Source: an uncultured Acidobacteriota bacterium (GTDB lineage: Bacteria; Acidobacteriota; UBA6911). Taken from it: DNA of 64,000 bases. Where the stretch lies: contig CAWHCF010000002.1 in NCBI GenBank assembly GCA_963827655.1, positions 96,001 through 160,000 on the forward strand. The letters are read 5' to 3'. A program made the translations under genes and the position numbers. The notes beneath the pieces were generated by a model, which saw nothing but the letters and a program-made list of their open reading frames with translations, had not been told where the DNA came from and did not search any database. This document shows positions 63,911 through 64,000 of this stretch, in pieces. Within the stretch, counting starts at the first letter, position 1. The number at the start of each line of letters is the position of its first letter.

Positions 63911-64000
63911 GTGCGACTTCGACTTGATCCCTGGCCCGGGGACTACGAGGGACCGTTTCAACTCGAAGAGTCAGAAGAGGAGCCCGCCGGAAAGATCGAT
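63911..64000 (+). CDS. 5' end of a gene, possibly a NurA-domain nuclease (partial)
   Basis: (M)RLRLDPWPGDYEG resembles the RLDPW N-terminus I recall for bacterial NurA proteins; only 30 codons are visible. Confidence 0.4.
   Translation, partial: MRLRLDPWPGDYEGPFQLEESEEEPAGKID

Overview
GC-rich bacterial chromosomal segment, most likely Acidobacteriota. This is inferred from gene content: three Oar-type TonB-dependent receptors, an ADOP-type permease, an ECF sigma factor paired with a Ser/Thr kinase, and an ankyrin/cytochrome c protein. I found no rRNA, tRNA, CRISPR array, transposase, integrase or prophage core gene. The left half (1-30 kb) and right end (52-64 kb) carry ordinary metabolic, transport and regulatory genes. 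The centre is a ~21 kb block with every gene on the minus strand (30.4-51.6 kb), in this order: GNAT, DUF6916-like, GNAT, three tandem phage-tail-collar proteins, a PRMT-like methyltransferase, two giant paralogous exported proteins sharing a ~4.1 kb near-identical 5' region, and a membrane Ser/Thr kinase whose first ~105 aa resemble a histone fold. The tail-collar/modifier/adhesin module and the histone-fold-kinase are the best candidates for undescribed systems. Intergenic DNA is dense with several short repeat families (8-mer-periodic elements, 7-mer inverted arrays, REP/MITE-like hairpins). Many genes carry single-base frameshifts that look like long-read consensus errors, so some boundaries are reconstructed by hand. 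All family assignments come from motif recognition by eye, not database searches.
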